The notes under the pieces are model-generated. The model searched no databases, was not told the DNA's origin, and saw only the letters and a program-made list of their open reading frames with translations. This document shows positions 23,067 through 34,406 of a DNA stretch of 64,000 bases, in pieces. Source of the stretch: a cyanobacterium endosymbiont of Rhopalodia gibba (GTDB lineage Bacteria; Cyanobacteriota; Cyanobacteriia; Cyanobacteriales; Microcystaceae). The position numbers were made by a program, and so were the translations under genes. The stretch is taken from positions 2,528,001-2,592,000 of the forward strand of contig CP067995.1 of NCBI GenBank assembly GCA_045159875.1. The letters are read 5' to 3'. Within the stretch, counting starts at the first letter, position 1. Each line of letters begins with the position of its first letter.

Positions 23067-23516
23067 TTAAATATCACCACGAATTTCTTCAACAACTCCA
23101 TCGCGAACCACAATTTCTACATTCAGCTTTTTGAGTAAGTTATCTCCTTTTTCCAAACGGAAAAAGCTTTCCATCTGCCCTTGAACCACTTCCTGATCTA
23201 ACTCCAACAATTGAACCTGCTGTATTTGCTGTAAAAACTGATTTTTACTTTCTAACATCTCACTTTTTTTTTCATTAACCTGGAGTCGAATGTTATCAAT
23301 TTGTTCAGTGACCGCAGGTCCCGGGGGAGAAATACTTTTTTTTTGAATTTCTGTGACGGCTCGTTGACCTTGTATTTCAATCTGCTGCATCTGGTCATCA
23401 AGTTGAGTGATTTGCGCTTGAAGTTGCTGTTGTGCCTCTTGTTTCCAAGTTGTCGTAACTATTATTTTCAGGGTAATCGGTCGTTTTAGCAGTAAGCTGG
23501 TGTTTGTTTCATCCAT
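23067..23516 (-). CDS. YlqD-family protein
   Basis: LLLKRPITLKIIVT..WK.EAQQQLQ coiled coil with C-terminal EIVVRDGVVEEIRG; co-oriented downstream of aas. Confidence 0.8.
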   Translation of the reverse strand: MDETNTSLLLKRPITLKIIVTTTWKQEAQQQLQAQITQLDDQMQQIEIQGQRAVTEIQKKSISPPGPAVTEQIDNIRLQVNEKKSEMLESKNQFLQQIQQVQLLELDQEVVQGQMESFFRLEKGDNLLKKLNVEIVVRDGVVEEIRGDI

Positions 23517-23553
23517 TGGTTTTCCATCCTTTCATAAAATTATTGGTGATTAA

Positions 23554-25482
23554 TTAGGAAACCTTCCCATAATCAAACATCTCGTCAATCATACCTTGAT
23601 ACTGTTCTATAACGACTTGACGTTGAATTTTAAATGTCTGAGTCATTAAGCCATTTTCCCGGGAAAATGGTTTTAAAATAAATTTAAAACTTTTTATTTT
23701 GTCCTCACGGCGGTATCCGGGGCGTTTTTTTACTTCTCGATCTAACTCTTCCCGAAATAAAGTTTGTACGGGCTGACTATAAAGATCACTACAGACAATT
23801 TCTTCAGAAGTTCCAGACACCTTGGGAAGGTTTAGAATAATTTGTTGGTTTTGTCCCCATTTTTCTAATGCTTCTAGATTAGGCACAATTAACGCCCCTA
23901 AAGCCTTTTGATCTTGACCTACCAACATAATTTGATCAATGTAGGGACTACGGGTACAAGCATCTTCAATAGCCTGTGGTTCTATGTTTTCTCCATTACT
24001 CAGAACTATTGTATCTTTGGCCCGTCCAGTAATCACTAAATCACCCATATCAGTTAACCACCCTAAGTCCCCTGAATTAAACCAATTGTCATTATTAATA
24101 GCTTTGGCGGTAGCTTCGGGGTTTTTATAGTAACCTTGCATCACTTGAGTTCCCCGAATTAACACAAGTCCTCTTTTTCCTTGAAGAACTGGTTGGCCGC
24201 TATCAGGAGCAACAATACAAACTTCGGTTTCAGGAATACATTGTCCTGATGATCCGCGTAAGTTGTGACTGTGGGTACGGACGTTAGTAACAGGGGAGGT
24301 TTCAGTTAACCCATAACCCACTAAAAGGGGAATGTTGACAATTTCGTAGAAAGTATCGATATGTCTAGCCAGAGAACCTCCTCCACTAACAACAGTTTTA
24401 AGGTTTCCTCCAACTTCTTGCCGAATTTTACTGTAGATTAGTTTGTCTGCTAATCTATGAAGAGGAGTTAGTAAAACTGTTTTGATTTTGGACCAGAGGC
24501 GTTCTGCACTAGAAGCTTCGAGGTGGTCTAAACTAAGATTATTGGCAATACGTCGGGCGATAATGTACCGTTCTGAAACGGTTAAGAAGAATTGAATGAT
24601 TTTTTGTTGGGCAGAACTTTGTTTCCGAAATTGCTTTTGAATACCTTCGTAAAGGAATTCCCAAAGACGGGGAACTCCAAGCATGTGTTGGGGCTTGAAT
24701 CGTATGAGATCAGCCTTAAACGTACGGATATTAGTGTAAGTTAAAACACAACCCCGAGAAAGGAGAAAATATTCTGTGCTGCGTTCGTAGGCATGCCATG
24801 ATGGTAGGATAGTAAGGACGCGGTCACCTGGCCTAGGTTGGATAACCGCTTCCAAGTAAACCACCTGATGGAGTAAGTTTCTGTGGCACAACATGACCCC
24901 TTTCGGTTTTCCAGTGGTTCCGGAAGTATAGATTAAGGTGGCTAGCGTTTCTTTGGTTTGATGAACAGGTTTTAGTGTGGAATGGCTTCCTAGTTCCATC
25001 AATTCTTGAAAGTTGAGGATTTTGATAATGTCGTCTGAACTTCTTTGTTCGTCGCTTAACAAAATAATTAGTTCAATAGGTAACTTATTCAGATAAGACC
25101 GGAGTTTAGCTAAAGTTTTTTGGTTTTCTACAATGAGAATGCTACTATTGCTATCACTCAAAATGTAGAATAATTCATCTTTATCGGCTTGAGACGAACG
25201 TACTGCATTAGCCGCACCAGCCATCATTGATCCTTGATCGGCTATAAACCAACGGGGACTATTATCAGCAAAAAGGGCAACTTTTGAGGAAGATTTTAGT
25301 CCTAAACTTTGTAATCCTGCAGCAAAGTCTTTAATCTTTTGATACAACTCACCATAGGTTAAGCTTACTTTGGGTGTACTATGTGGATCTTCAAGGGCAA
25401 CGATATCCTTGAATTTTTGGGCCGTTATGGGCCAAATCTCAGGTAAAGTATTGATTAATGAGTAGTCTGGTTGATTTGTCAT
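23554..25482 (-). CDS. aas: Long-chain acyl-ACP synthetase / fatty-acid ligase
   Basis: YTSGTTGKPKGV, GYGLTETSP, SGDLG and ITGRAKDTIVLSNGENIEP; resembles cyanobacterial Aas. Confidence 0.85.
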   Translation of the reverse strand: MTNQPDYSLINTLPEIWPITAQKFKDIVALEDPHSTPKVSLTYGELYQKIKDFAAGLQSLGLKSSSKVALFADNSPRWFIADQGSMMAGAANAVRSSQADKDELFYILSDSNSSILIVENQKTLAKLRSYLNKLPIELIILLSDEQRSSDDIIKILNFQELMELGSHSTLKPVHQTKETLATLIYTSGTTGKPKGVMLCHRNLLHQVVYLEAVIQPRPGDRVLTILPSWHAYERSTEYFLLSRGCVLTYTNIRTFKADLIRFKPQHMLGVPRLWEFLYEGIQKQFRKQSSAQQKIIQFFLTVSERYIIARRIANNLSLDHLEASSAERLWSKIKTVLLTPLHRLADKLIYSKIRQEVGGNLKTVVSGGGSLARHIDTFYEIVNIPLLVGYGLTETSPVTNVRTHSHNLRGSSGQCIPETEVCIVAPDSGQPVLQGKRGLVLIRGTQVMQGYYKNPEATAKAINNDNWFNSGDLGWLTDMGDLVITGRAKDTIVLSNGENIEPQAIEDACTRSPYIDQIMLVGQDQKALGALIVPNLEALEKWGQNQQIILNLPKVSGTSEEIVCSDLYSQPVQTLFREELDREVKKRPGYRREDKIKSFKFILKPFSRENGLMTQTFKIQRQVVIEQYQGMIDEMFDYGKVS

Positions 25483-25997
25483 TAAATTTAGTTAAAAGAT
25501 ACTTGTCAATCAAATATTAACCCTTTTATCAGGGGTGTTAACAGCGCAGAACTCATCTAAACATATTGATATGGGTGTGTTACAGTAAAACGAAAATTTC
25601 AATTGATCTAATAAAAAGAGTTGGTCTGAGTTCTTTTGCTTTGTCAGTAAATATTTAGTAGTTATAGGATACTCATACCTACCCAAGTTTTAGATATAAA
25701 AATTTTAATTAACATGAATTTTATAGACTCGTAAAAGGTTGATAAATAATCGTATTCCTAGTTCTAGTTATTATTAATTATTAAATACAATAATTAAATC
25801 TATAAAAAAATAGGTTATTTAAATAAAATACTGTCCCTTTAATTGTAAATAATCTAACATAAATTATTAATAAAATATTATATTTTTTTAAAAAAAATAA
25901 CGTTATAACAAAGACCATGCCATAAATAATCGTTAGATCTCTCTTTAAACATTTTCGAGATACAGTTAAGTGAAAAAGTAAAAATCAATAAGACATA

Positions 25998-26659
25998 ATG
26001 AGTAATCAACAGACCAATATCATCATTATTGGATCAGGATTATGTTTGATTTTCCAGCGAACATTATTTTTGTCAAGGTAACTAAAGGTCTATATCCTGA
26101 AAAAATTTATACTCTATGCCAAATTTGGCAAGAATTTTTTCCAGATCATCCTATTGTCGTTTTATCAGGGATTAATCTTTTTAAAGAGATGGACAAAGAA
26201 CTACCGGCTACTAAGATTTGAGCCAGCAAAAATGAACGTACCACAGAAAAAATCTAAGAAGGATTTTCGTTGAATATTTTCAGAAATTCTCCTAATTCTG
26301 TCTCTGACAGGGATAGAATTAAGAAAACCTCTGAAAGGTGTCATGACAAGATTATATTGGAGGTTTGTGATGGTCTACATTCAAGAACTAATGCGAAATC
26401 TGCCATACTAACACGCGTTTTATTATAAATGACTAGAGTAAAAGTTTATTTTTAGGCTACGCCTAAAATCTTTTTTAATCTATCACGATTAAGATATTTA
26501 ATTGCTACAGAAGGGATTAACACCACCCATATGTTGGTAAACCTGGTGAATCAGCACTAAAGCGTTATTCCTATTGCCCGTAAAGTTTATCAACTACTTT
26601 TTAAAAATACCCCAGAAGAAGCCGTTCAGACATTAATGAAACGGGAGCTAAAACCATAA
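25998..26659 (+). pseudogene. gpsA: NAD(P)H-dependent glycerol-3-phosphate dehydrogenase pseudogene
   Basis: Fragments MSNQQTNIIIIGSG, TKGLYPEK, QIWQEFFPDHPIVVLSGINLFKEM..ELPAT, VCDGLHSRTNAKSAILTR, TEGINTT and PEEAVQTLMKRELKP, with large deletions and frameshifts. Confidence 0.85.
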
Positions 26660-26714
26660 TTTTGTAATTTAAAATTTTAATAAATTGTTAAATTAAGTAA
26701 AAAAAGTTTTCCCT

Positions 26715-28067
26715 ATGACAGAAAAAAAAATCACGAAAAAAGTTCAGAATTTTTGGCAACTTTGGAACATGAATGTTGGCTTTTGTGGTATTCAATATGG
26801 TTGGGCATTACAAATGGCCAATACTAGCGCAATTTATGAGTATTTAGGGGCTGATCCTGAACAAATCCCTATGTTGTGGTTAGCTGCCCCCTTAAGTGGT
26901 TTAATTGCTCAACCCATTATTGGCTATATGAGTGATCGCACTTGGGGACCTCTAGGACGTAGACGACCTTACTTTTTATTGGGAGCTATTCTTAGTTCTA
27001 TTGCCCTTATTTTAATGCCTAATTCTTCTAGCCTATGGATGTCTGCTGGATTACTTTGGCTTTTGGATACTTCTGTAAATATTAGCATGGAACCTTTTCG
27101 AGCTTTTATTGTAGATTTACTTCCCCAAAAACAGCACACTCGAGGGTTTTCGATGCAAAGTTTTTTCATTGGAGCTGGGGCAGTTATGGCTTCATTATCT
27201 CCCTGGATATTGACTCATTTATTCCATCTGGGCGATAAAAGAGAACCAGGGGTTCCTTTTTCAGTGAAATTATCTTTTTATATTGGAGCAGTAGTCTTTT
27301 TAGGCACTGTAGTTTGGACAGTAGTAACTACCTCAGAAACTCCTCCGAAGAACCTAGAAAAAATACAAAATGCTCAAGAAAGTAAGAGTACTTTAAATAA
27401 AGTTACAGAAATTTTTTGGCTAATTAAAGCCATGCCAACGACGATGAAACAATTGGCAGTAGTACAATTTTTCACCTGGTTAGGAATTTTTTGTGTATTT
27501 CTTTATTTTCCTCCGTCCGTTGCTCACCATATTTTTGGGGCAGTGCAAGAAAATTCTCAATTGTATACAGATGGTATTGAATGGGCAGGAATTTGTATTG
27601 CTGTCTACAATGGAATCTGTTTTATTTTTTCTTTGCTGTTACCAAAATTAACGGAAATAATTAACCATAAAATTGCTCATTCTTTATGTTTAATTTGCGG
27701 AGGAGTAGGATTAATTTCTTTGGTGTTTGTTGAGCAACCATTATGGATTTTATTACCAATGGTTGGTTTTGGCATTGCTTGGTCAAGCATATTAACTATT
27801 CCATATTCTATTTTATCTCGAACTTTGACTAGTAAAAATACAGGACTATATATGGGCATTTTTAATGTTTTCATTGTCCTTCCACAAATTTTTGCAGCCT
27901 TAGGATTAGGTTGGATTATAAAAATTTTTTTTAAAAAAAACTGTTTATTAGTAGTAGTTTTAGGCGGGTTTTCTTTATTACTAGCTGCTGTGTTAGTGCA
28001 TTTTGTTGATGAACCTGAAACCTCAGAAAAGACATCTATACAACCAGAAATTTTATCTCCTTCCTAA
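26715..28067 (+). CDS. MFS/GPH-type sugar transporter (sucrose/maltose-like)
   Basis: QPIIGYMSDRTWGPLGRRRPYFL, NISMEPFRAFIVDLLP and GLYMGIFNVFIVLPQ; about 12 TM helices. Confidence 0.9.
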   Translation: MTEKKITKKVQNFWQLWNMNVGFCGIQYGWALQMANTSAIYEYLGADPEQIPMLWLAAPLSGLIAQPIIGYMSDRTWGPLGRRRPYFLLGAILSSIALILMPNSSSLWMSAGLLWLLDTSVNISMEPFRAFIVDLLPQKQHTRGFSMQSFFIGAGAVMASLSPWILTHLFHLGDKREPGVPFSVKLSFYIGAVVFLGTVVWTVVTTSETPPKNLEKIQNAQESKSTLNKVTEIFWLIKAMPTTMKQLAVVQFFTWLGIFCVFLYFPPSVAHHIFGAVQENSQLYTDGIEWAGICIAVYNGICFIFSLLLPKLTEIINHKIAHSLCLICGGVGLISLVFVEQPLWILLPMVGFGIAWSSILTIPYSILSRTLTSKNTGLYMGIFNVFIVLPQIFAALGLGWIIKIFFKKNCLLVVVLGGFSLLLAAVLVHFVDEPETSEKTSIQPEILSPS

Positions 28068-28219
28068 GATTTAGGCTCTCAAATCTTTCACCTTGTTTAC
28101 AATTAGCTATTTATAAGGAGGGAACGTCGGAACAGTGTAAAGGAAATTTTAGATAAAGTTACATGGTTCAACTGCAGTTTTTCTAGATTTCCTAATTTTC
28201 CAATCGTTTTAAACCACTC

Positions 28220-28283
28220 ATTTAAGGGCTGTAATGGAGTATATCCACAAAAGATGTTACATACTTCATTACAGCCCTTAAAT
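28220..28283. repeat. Inverted repeat, 23-bp arms (one G:T)
   Basis: atttaagggctgtaatggagtat / atacttcattacagcccttaaat; immediately followed by taacgtgagttcgac, a motif I associate with cyanobacterial IS ends. Confidence 0.88.
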
Positions 28284-28489
28284 AACGTGAGTTCGACTAG
28301 ATCTAAAAAAAATTGTTGTTATTCTCAATATATAAGTAACTCTACGATAGAGTTGACGATTATCTAAAATAGTAACCGCCAATAATTAGGACTACAATTG
28401 CTTTTAAAAGACGGCAGTGAACAAGGACAGCCCTAGCCTTTAACCCCGAATCGAGAAAAAGGTTTTTAAGTAGATAAGTATAAGTTATC

Positions 28490-28524
28490 AGATTGAACAC
28501 TTGAGACATCAAAGTGTTCAATCT
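28490..28524. repeat. Perfect inverted repeat, 13-bp arms
   Basis: agattgaacactt / aagtgttcaatct. Confidence 0.85.
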
Positions 28525-29110
28525 AATGGCAGTTTTCAATTGAGGAGCTCACAATAACAACACAGTAGAAACTAGATTAATTATGTATTCATCAGTTATT
28601 AAATCAATCGCTTTATTGATAGACTAATTGAGTCCTTTAATAATTTTTTTGAGTAAGTAAATATTCTTTGATTTTTTCTAACAGTTATTAATAAAATTTA
28701 AATCAGGATAATAAACAGATAAAATATCACTTTTGCTTTTATATATTCCATTAACTATCTAAATTGTTGGTGTAAATACTTTCACTGCTAAAATAAAAAT
28801 AGTTTTTTATTTGTCCACTGTTCAATAGTAAAAAAATTTTACAGAACTAATATAGAGATAAATATAATTAACATAATATTTATCTATTTTTTACTTTAAT
28901 TATTATTTTACAGTAACAAATTTATAGTTAGTTTTACTCCAGTTTTAAATATTAAAACTAGACATAAAAGTTTGATTTTTATCTATATAAATTTTTAATA
29001 TTTGACGGATTTGTTTGGATATGTTTAAGTTTTTAGACCCATTAACACAGGCTAGTAAGACTAACTTTAACCCCTAGTTTTTTTACAGGTAAATATTTAG
29101 TTATCACAAA
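28525..29110 (-). mobile_element. Decayed IS630-family transposase C-terminal remnant
   Basis: Minus strand reads LSVYYPDLNFINNC*KKSKEYL and INKAIDLITDEYIIN*F..CCYC, matching YLPPYSPD.NPIENCWSKLKEYL...WFTHCCYC; it ends in attgaaaactgcca, a TIR-like sequence. Confidence 0.65.
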
Positions 29111-29399
29111 GTAATATCGTTGTTTTTCTTGAAGAATTGTTCTAAAAAAATTTATATTATATATCTTTTTAATTGGATAATTCTAAACATATGCAGAAAA
29201 TAAATTATCCTGTATATCTATACAAGAAGCTATCATAGCTCAATTTATATTAATTTAACTATATCTTCTAATTTTTTTAGTAAAAAAAAATATATATAAA
29301 TACTTTAGCTAAACCATATTTAGCTTAAATATACTTCCGGCAATTTTATGAGTTTAATTTGATGCCATTACACTTCTATTACATTTAGTTAGTTATAGA

Positions 29400-29900
29400 C
29401 TATAAATTGTTTAAAAAATCTATATGATCATTTGTTTAGCTTTATCTTCTGTCTATTTATTTAAACCCTCAATTTTTTGAGTTTTTGTTAAAAACCAAAT
29501 TATTTTTTATCTTGACTTTTTTTCTTTCGATTTTTAGCTTTTTTTTAGAAGATTACAAATTTTTCAGGTAGTTAATTTTATTTTTTAAAAAAAGTATTAC
29601 ATAATAATTAGCTATAATAAGTTATTTTCTTCTTTCTAAGAACTTATATATATATTTTATATCTTACTCAATTTAAGTTTCTTCTCTTTTGAAGAAATTT
29701 TATGCTCTTTTTCTATTTTAGATGATCTATCTAAAAATTATTTTTTTTATATTTTTTGATGTTTTGATCATCTCTAATTTTTTAATTTTTTATCATATTT
29801 TAATATGATATTTCTACTTTTGTTATTGCTATGAAGAAAATTTTTAGGTCAGTATTGAATTTTGATAATTCTTGCTATTCTAATGATGATAGCTAAATTT
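29400..29900 (-). mobile_element. Decayed IS630-type HTH (N-terminal) remnant
   Basis: Shares tatctaaaaattatttttttt and flanking similarity with the 55070 region; extremely AT-eroded. Confidence 0.45.
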
Positions 29901-30511
29901 TCAAATGGGCCAATATCTAACAGTAACTTTTTAAAAATTATTTTTTATACTAATTTAGGCTTACTTACTTAAGTTAGTTATTAACTATTTTATTTAAAAA
30001 ACACTTACTAAATTGAATTTGATTAGTCAGTCTCACTAACTTTTGAACAATATATTCTCGGGCTATAAATGTTTTCCTTGAATATAGTTTGAGATAGGGT
30101 TACGGTAATCCATGTTTCTTGGAGTTCACTTTAAAGTTAATCCGGGGTTGTTTTTAATTAAATAACGATATTTATTTAGCTAGATGAGAAAATAATTTTT
30201 TCTAATAAGAAAGAATCTGCTAACGTGTAAAATTATGTAAAGTTCTTTAAAGGTGCAATGTCCTGATCGAGGAAAAGTGATTGCAACAGCTATAATTTTT
30301 TTTCAACAAAGATAGTTCCTTTTTTCTTTAAAAAGTTTTGTAAATTGAGGAACGAAATGACAGTAATACTCAAATCTTTGATGCAATCAATTTTGCTTAA
30401 AAATACTATCGAGACGATATTTTAAAGCCATGGCACTAGACCTTAATAAATACCACTTTTAGTTAGAATAGAGCTGCTGTTTCCTCGTCTCTCTATAACT
30501 TTTTATCAAAT

Positions 30512-30988
30512 TCAAGTTTCATAAACGTCATCAGAAGGTAAATTAGGTTGTTGAGAAGCTTCAACCGCGAGGTGATCGCAATATTCATTTTCTGGGTGTC
30601 CGGCATGACCTTTAACCCAAACAAAATTAACCTGATGCTTTTCGCATAAGTCCAGTAATTGTTGCCAAAGATCAGGGTTTTTAGCAGATTCTTTTTTGTT
30701 GCGTTTCCAACTGTTGTCCCGCCATTTTTTCGCCCATCCTTTAGTGATAGCATCAACTAAGTAGCGAGAGTCAGTATAAAGAGTAACATCACATTTTGTG
30801 TTAAGAGTTTCTAGCCCAACAATTGCCGCCATCATTTCCATACGATTATTGGTAGTTAAACGAAAACCTCCTGATAATTTTTTTCGGTATTCGTTGTAAA
30901 TTAAAATGGTTCCATAGCCCCCTGCACCAGGATTTCCTGAACAAGCTCCATCCGTATAAATTAAGACTTTTTTGAGAGAATTATTCAT
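30512..30988 (-). CDS. rnhA: Ribonuclease HI
   Basis: [28 protein letters not shown] and [16 protein letters not shown]. Confidence 0.97.
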   Translation of the reverse strand: MNNSLKKVLIYTDGACSGNPGAGGYGTILIYNEYRKKLSGGFRLTTNNRMEMMAAIVGLETLNTKCDVTLYTDSRYLVDAITKGWAKKWRDNSWKRNKKESAKNPDLWQQLLDLCEKHQVNFVWVKGHAGHPENEYCDHLAVEASQQPNLPSDDVYET

Positions 30989-31072
30989 AACTTAACCACT
31001 TCTTCTATTAATTGACTGAAAAAAGTCCGCCAAGGCGGACGTAGTTGATACTTTTCTTAGAAAAGATTTAAA

Positions 31073-32596
31073 TTAAACTCCAGGACCTGTATCGACATCA
31101 ACGTCACTAATAGTAATGCTTTGTCTACCAGCAAAACTATCGGATTCCTTAACGAAACCATGATAAGCTTCCATGCCATGTTCACCTATATCTAGTCCGT
31201 TTATTTCCTCTTCTTGAGTAACACGGATGCCCAAAGTGACCTCAAGAACTATCCAAACTACACCACTGAAAATGACAGTAAAGACTCCAATGGAAATGAT
31301 ACCAACAATTTGATTAATTAATTGGCCAATACCGCCGCCATAAAAAAGACCAACTTTTGTGTTAAAAAAACCAACTGCTAAAGTTCCCCAAATTCCGTTA
31401 ACTAAATGAACAGAAATAGCCCCAACAGGATCATCAATTTTTACAACAGAGTCAAAGAAATCAACAGAGTAAACGACAATCACTCCGGCGATTGCTCCGA
31501 TAACAACAGCTCCGAAATAGGACACTCCATCACAACCGGCAGTAATTCCTACTAAACCGGAAAGAATACCATTGATAATCATGGGAAGATCCGGTTTTCC
31601 ATTCTTAAACCAAGCGACCAAAGTAGCCGCTACACCACCACCAGCCGCAGCTAGGTTAGTGGTAACAGCAATGTAAGGAACCATTTCATCGGCTGCTAAT
31701 TGAGAACCTGAGTTAAACCCAAACCAGCCAATCCAAAGAATGAGACAGCCCAAGGTAGCAATACTCATATTGTGGCCAGGAATAGTTTGAGGACGACCAC
31801 AGACATACTTACCCATTCGAGGACCAAGAACCGCAGCCCCAACCAAAGCAGCCCAACCTCCGACGGAGTGAACCACTGTAGAACCTGCAAAGTCTTTGAA
31901 GTTACCTAACCAGCCACCTCCCCAAACCCAGTGGCCAGTGACAGAATAAGAGATTGCTACTAAGAATAGACTGAAAATTAAAAAGTCAATAAATTTAATC
32001 CGTTCAGCCACAGCTCCTGAAACAATAATAGCGGTAGTTGTGGCAAATGCTGCTTGGAACAAAAAGGCAACTGAAATAGGCAGTCCAGTCGGAAACGGAT
32101 CAAGTCCATAAGTTGCAGGATTATCACTACTTAAAAACCAACCGCCACCTCCGATAATGGGGTTGTCAGGACTACCAAACATCAGAGAAAATCCGATTGC
32201 CCAATAAGCGAGGATTGCTAAGACTAAGACAATCAAATTTTTTGAGAGGATGTTGACGGCATTTTTCTGACGACAGAAACCTGTTTCGAGCATCCCGAAA
32301 CCTGTATTCATGCAAATAACCAAAATAGCGGCAATTAACACCCAAATAGCATTGAGAGTTCCCTGAAGGGTTGCTATATTAGCATTGATGTTTTCAATAG
32401 CAATTTCGGTAATTTCTGCATCTTGTGCGGCTGTTGCTCCATGCCAAACAATGACAATAATGGCAGTTAAGGGGATACAAGCCAACCAGTAGAGGGAAAA
32501 AAGATGGGCAGTAAATTTAAATGATTTCCAATCGGACACATCCCATAAACAAGAAGAAGTCTTAGAAACGGCTTTAATCATTCTTATTGATCGCAT
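31073..32596 (-). CDS. amt: Ammonium transporter
   Basis: [43 protein letters not shown] (twin His present) and GLDIGEHG. Confidence 0.95.
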   Translation of the reverse strand: MRSIRMIKAVSKTSSCLWDVSDWKSFKFTAHLFSLYWLACIPLTAIIVIVWHGATAAQDAEITEIAIENINANIATLQGTLNAIWVLIAAILVICMNTGFGMLETGFCRQKNAVNILSKNLIVLVLAILAYWAIGFSLMFGSPDNPIIGGGGWFLSSDNPATYGLDPFPTGLPISVAFLFQAAFATTTAIIVSGAVAERIKFIDFLIFSLFLVAISYSVTGHWVWGGGWLGNFKDFAGSTVVHSVGGWAALVGAAVLGPRMGKYVCGRPQTIPGHNMSIATLGCLILWIGWFGFNSGSQLAADEMVPYIAVTTNLAAAGGGVAATLVAWFKNGKPDLPMIINGILSGLVGITAGCDGVSYFGAVVIGAIAGVIVVYSVDFFDSVVKIDDPVGAISVHLVNGIWGTLAVGFFNTKVGLFYGGGIGQLINQIVGIISIGVFTVIFSGVVWIVLEVTLGIRVTQEEEINGLDIGEHGMEAYHGFVKESDSFAGRQSITISDVDVDTGPGV

Positions 32597-32652
32597 TTTT
32601 AATATTCGATGAGACGTCTCATTGAGACAAGTTGACTCTATCTATGTCGGAT

Positions 32653-32694
32653 ATGATAGCGAGATTATTTAATAAAATCCGTAAATGTTTGTGT
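32653..32694 (-). promoter_or_regulatory. Candidate amt promoter: -10 box (TATCAT) with a half-degenerate NtcA-like box 22 nt upstream
   Basis: Minus-strand TATCAT at 32653-32658; GTAaatgtttgTGT at 32681-32694 has one good half-site at the canonical 22-nt spacing. Confidence 0.4.
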
Positions 32695-32833
32695 GTTATT
32701 ACTGCCCGCCCTGTTTTTGTCCTCATTATTGACTGTTAATGTAGTAATTCATAAAAAGGGATTACCACATTAAAAACCACATTTATACTTGGTAAATCTC
32801 AAAGTTTTTATAATTTTTTACCCTAACGAAATC

Positions 32834-33928
32834 ATGAATCAGTTAGATTTTGACCAAAAAATAATGCAGCGATGTTTGCAATTAGCCCAGCAAGGATCAG
32901 GAAAAACTTCTCCTAATCCTTTAGTAGGAGCAGTGATTGTCCAAAATTGGGAAATAGTCGGGGAAGGTTTTCATCCCAAAGCTGGAGCTTCTCATGCCGA
33001 GATTTTTGCCCTACGAAATGCCCAGGAAAAAGCAAAAGAAGCGACAGTTTATGTTAACCTCGAACCCTGCAATCATTATGGTCGGACTCCTCCATGTACA
33101 GAGGCTTTGATTAAAGCAGGGGTTAAAAAAGTAGTTATCGGTATGGTTGACCCTAATCCCTTAGTTTCAGGAAAAGGGGTAGAACAACTCAAACAAAGTG
33201 GAATTGAGGTGGTGATTGGAGTAGAAGAAGCCGCATGTCGTCAGTTAAATGAAGCCTTTATTCATCGTGTTTTACACCAAAAACCCTTAGGAATTTTAAA
33301 GTATGCTATGACCCTTGATGGTAAAATCGCTGCGACTACAGGTGATAGTACTTGGGTAACAGGAAAATCATCACGTCGGTTAGTCCATCAAGTTAGAGCA
33401 GCTTGTGATGCAGTAGTAGTTGGTGGCAACACAGTTCGACAAGATAACCCTCATTTAACTACCCATCAGGTGGTAGGCTCTAATCCTTTACGGGTGGTAA
33501 TGAGTCGTAGTCTTGATTTACCCCTTCAAGCAAATCTTTGGCAAACAGATATTGCCCCTACATTAGTTTTTACAGAAACAAATAGTAATCCCACGTTTCA
33601 GGAAAAATTAGGTCATCAAGGGGTCGAAGTAATAGAATTGACTTCCTTGACTCCATTGGAGGTGATGAAAGTTCTTTATCAAAAAGAATTATCCAGTGTT
33701 TTATGGGAATGTGGAGGGACATTAGCAGCACAAGCGATCGCTGATGGGGTGATTCGAAAAATTATGGCTTTTATTGCTCCTAAAATTATTGGCGGTTTAA
33801 CAGCCCCTTCACCTATAGGAGAGTTAGGATTGAAACAGATGACTGAAGCGTTAGAAATACAAAGAATTACTTTAAGTCAAATTGATCAAGATATTTTAGT
33901 TGAAGGATATTTATCAATTGTGAATTAA
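32834..33928 (+). CDS. ribD: Riboflavin biosynthesis deaminase/reductase
   Basis: PNPLVGAVIV, HAE, LEPCNHYGRTPPC, KYAMTLDGKIA and ECGGTLA; likely ATG at 32834. Confidence 0.96.
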   Translation: MNQLDFDQKIMQRCLQLAQQGSGKTSPNPLVGAVIVQNWEIVGEGFHPKAGASHAEIFALRNAQEKAKEATVYVNLEPCNHYGRTPPCTEALIKAGVKKVVIGMVDPNPLVSGKGVEQLKQSGIEVVIGVEEAACRQLNEAFIHRVLHQKPLGILKYAMTLDGKIAATTGDSTWVTGKSSRRLVHQVRAACDAVVVGGNTVRQDNPHLTTHQVVGSNPLRVVMSRSLDLPLQANLWQTDIAPTLVFTETNSNPTFQEKLGHQGVEVIELTSLTPLEVMKVLYQKELSSVLWECGGTLAAQAIADGVIRKIMAFIAPKIIGGLTAPSPIGELGLKQMTEALEIQRITLSQIDQDILVEGYLSIVN

Positions 33929-34184
33929 TAATTTAGCATTACAGCTCTTTTAAACTGAGTATGGTCAGTTGGTAACTGATAACTTTCAAAACTTTTATTC
34001 CAGCTATATTCTATAATGTTGTAATAGACAGTACGAAAAGAATATAATGATTTGATTGGGTTTAAATTTTTTGAGTCTGTGTTCGTCAATTTTCTACACA
34101 GTCTAAGATATTAATAATATGCCTGATGAGGACTCTTAAAAAAGTTAATTATTGATAAATATTTGTAAGTTATACTCCTCATTT

Positions 34185-34229
34185 TATTGACCGTTTATTC
34201 ACTATTTTATAGTGAATAAACGGTCAATA
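34185..34229. repeat. Perfect inverted repeat, 21-bp arms, 3-nt loop
   Basis: tattgaccgtttattcactat ttt atagtgaataaacggtcaata. Confidence 0.97.
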
Positions 34230-34288
34230 GGCTTTAAAAAATAGTCATAAAACCTAGAATATGTCATTATTTTATCCTTACTCATGTG

Positions 34289-34336
34289 GTTATTTTTAAG
34301 GCATTTTTAACTAGTTAAAAATGCCTTAAAAATAAC
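34289..34336. repeat. Perfect 48-bp loopless palindrome
   Basis: gttatttttaaggcatttttaact|agttaaaaatgccttaaaaataac. Confidence 0.97.
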
Positions 34337-34406
34337 ATTGACAATGTGAGTTCAACAACTATACCTAAATTAATTATTGAGATTATCTCTCTTGATTGAC
34401 TTAATT

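Noticed and set aside
33960..33985. Heptamer-like repeats (taactga/taact; also ~60646 and ~4633)
   Set aside because: Only about two units each; at most relics of common cyanobacterial short tandem repeats.
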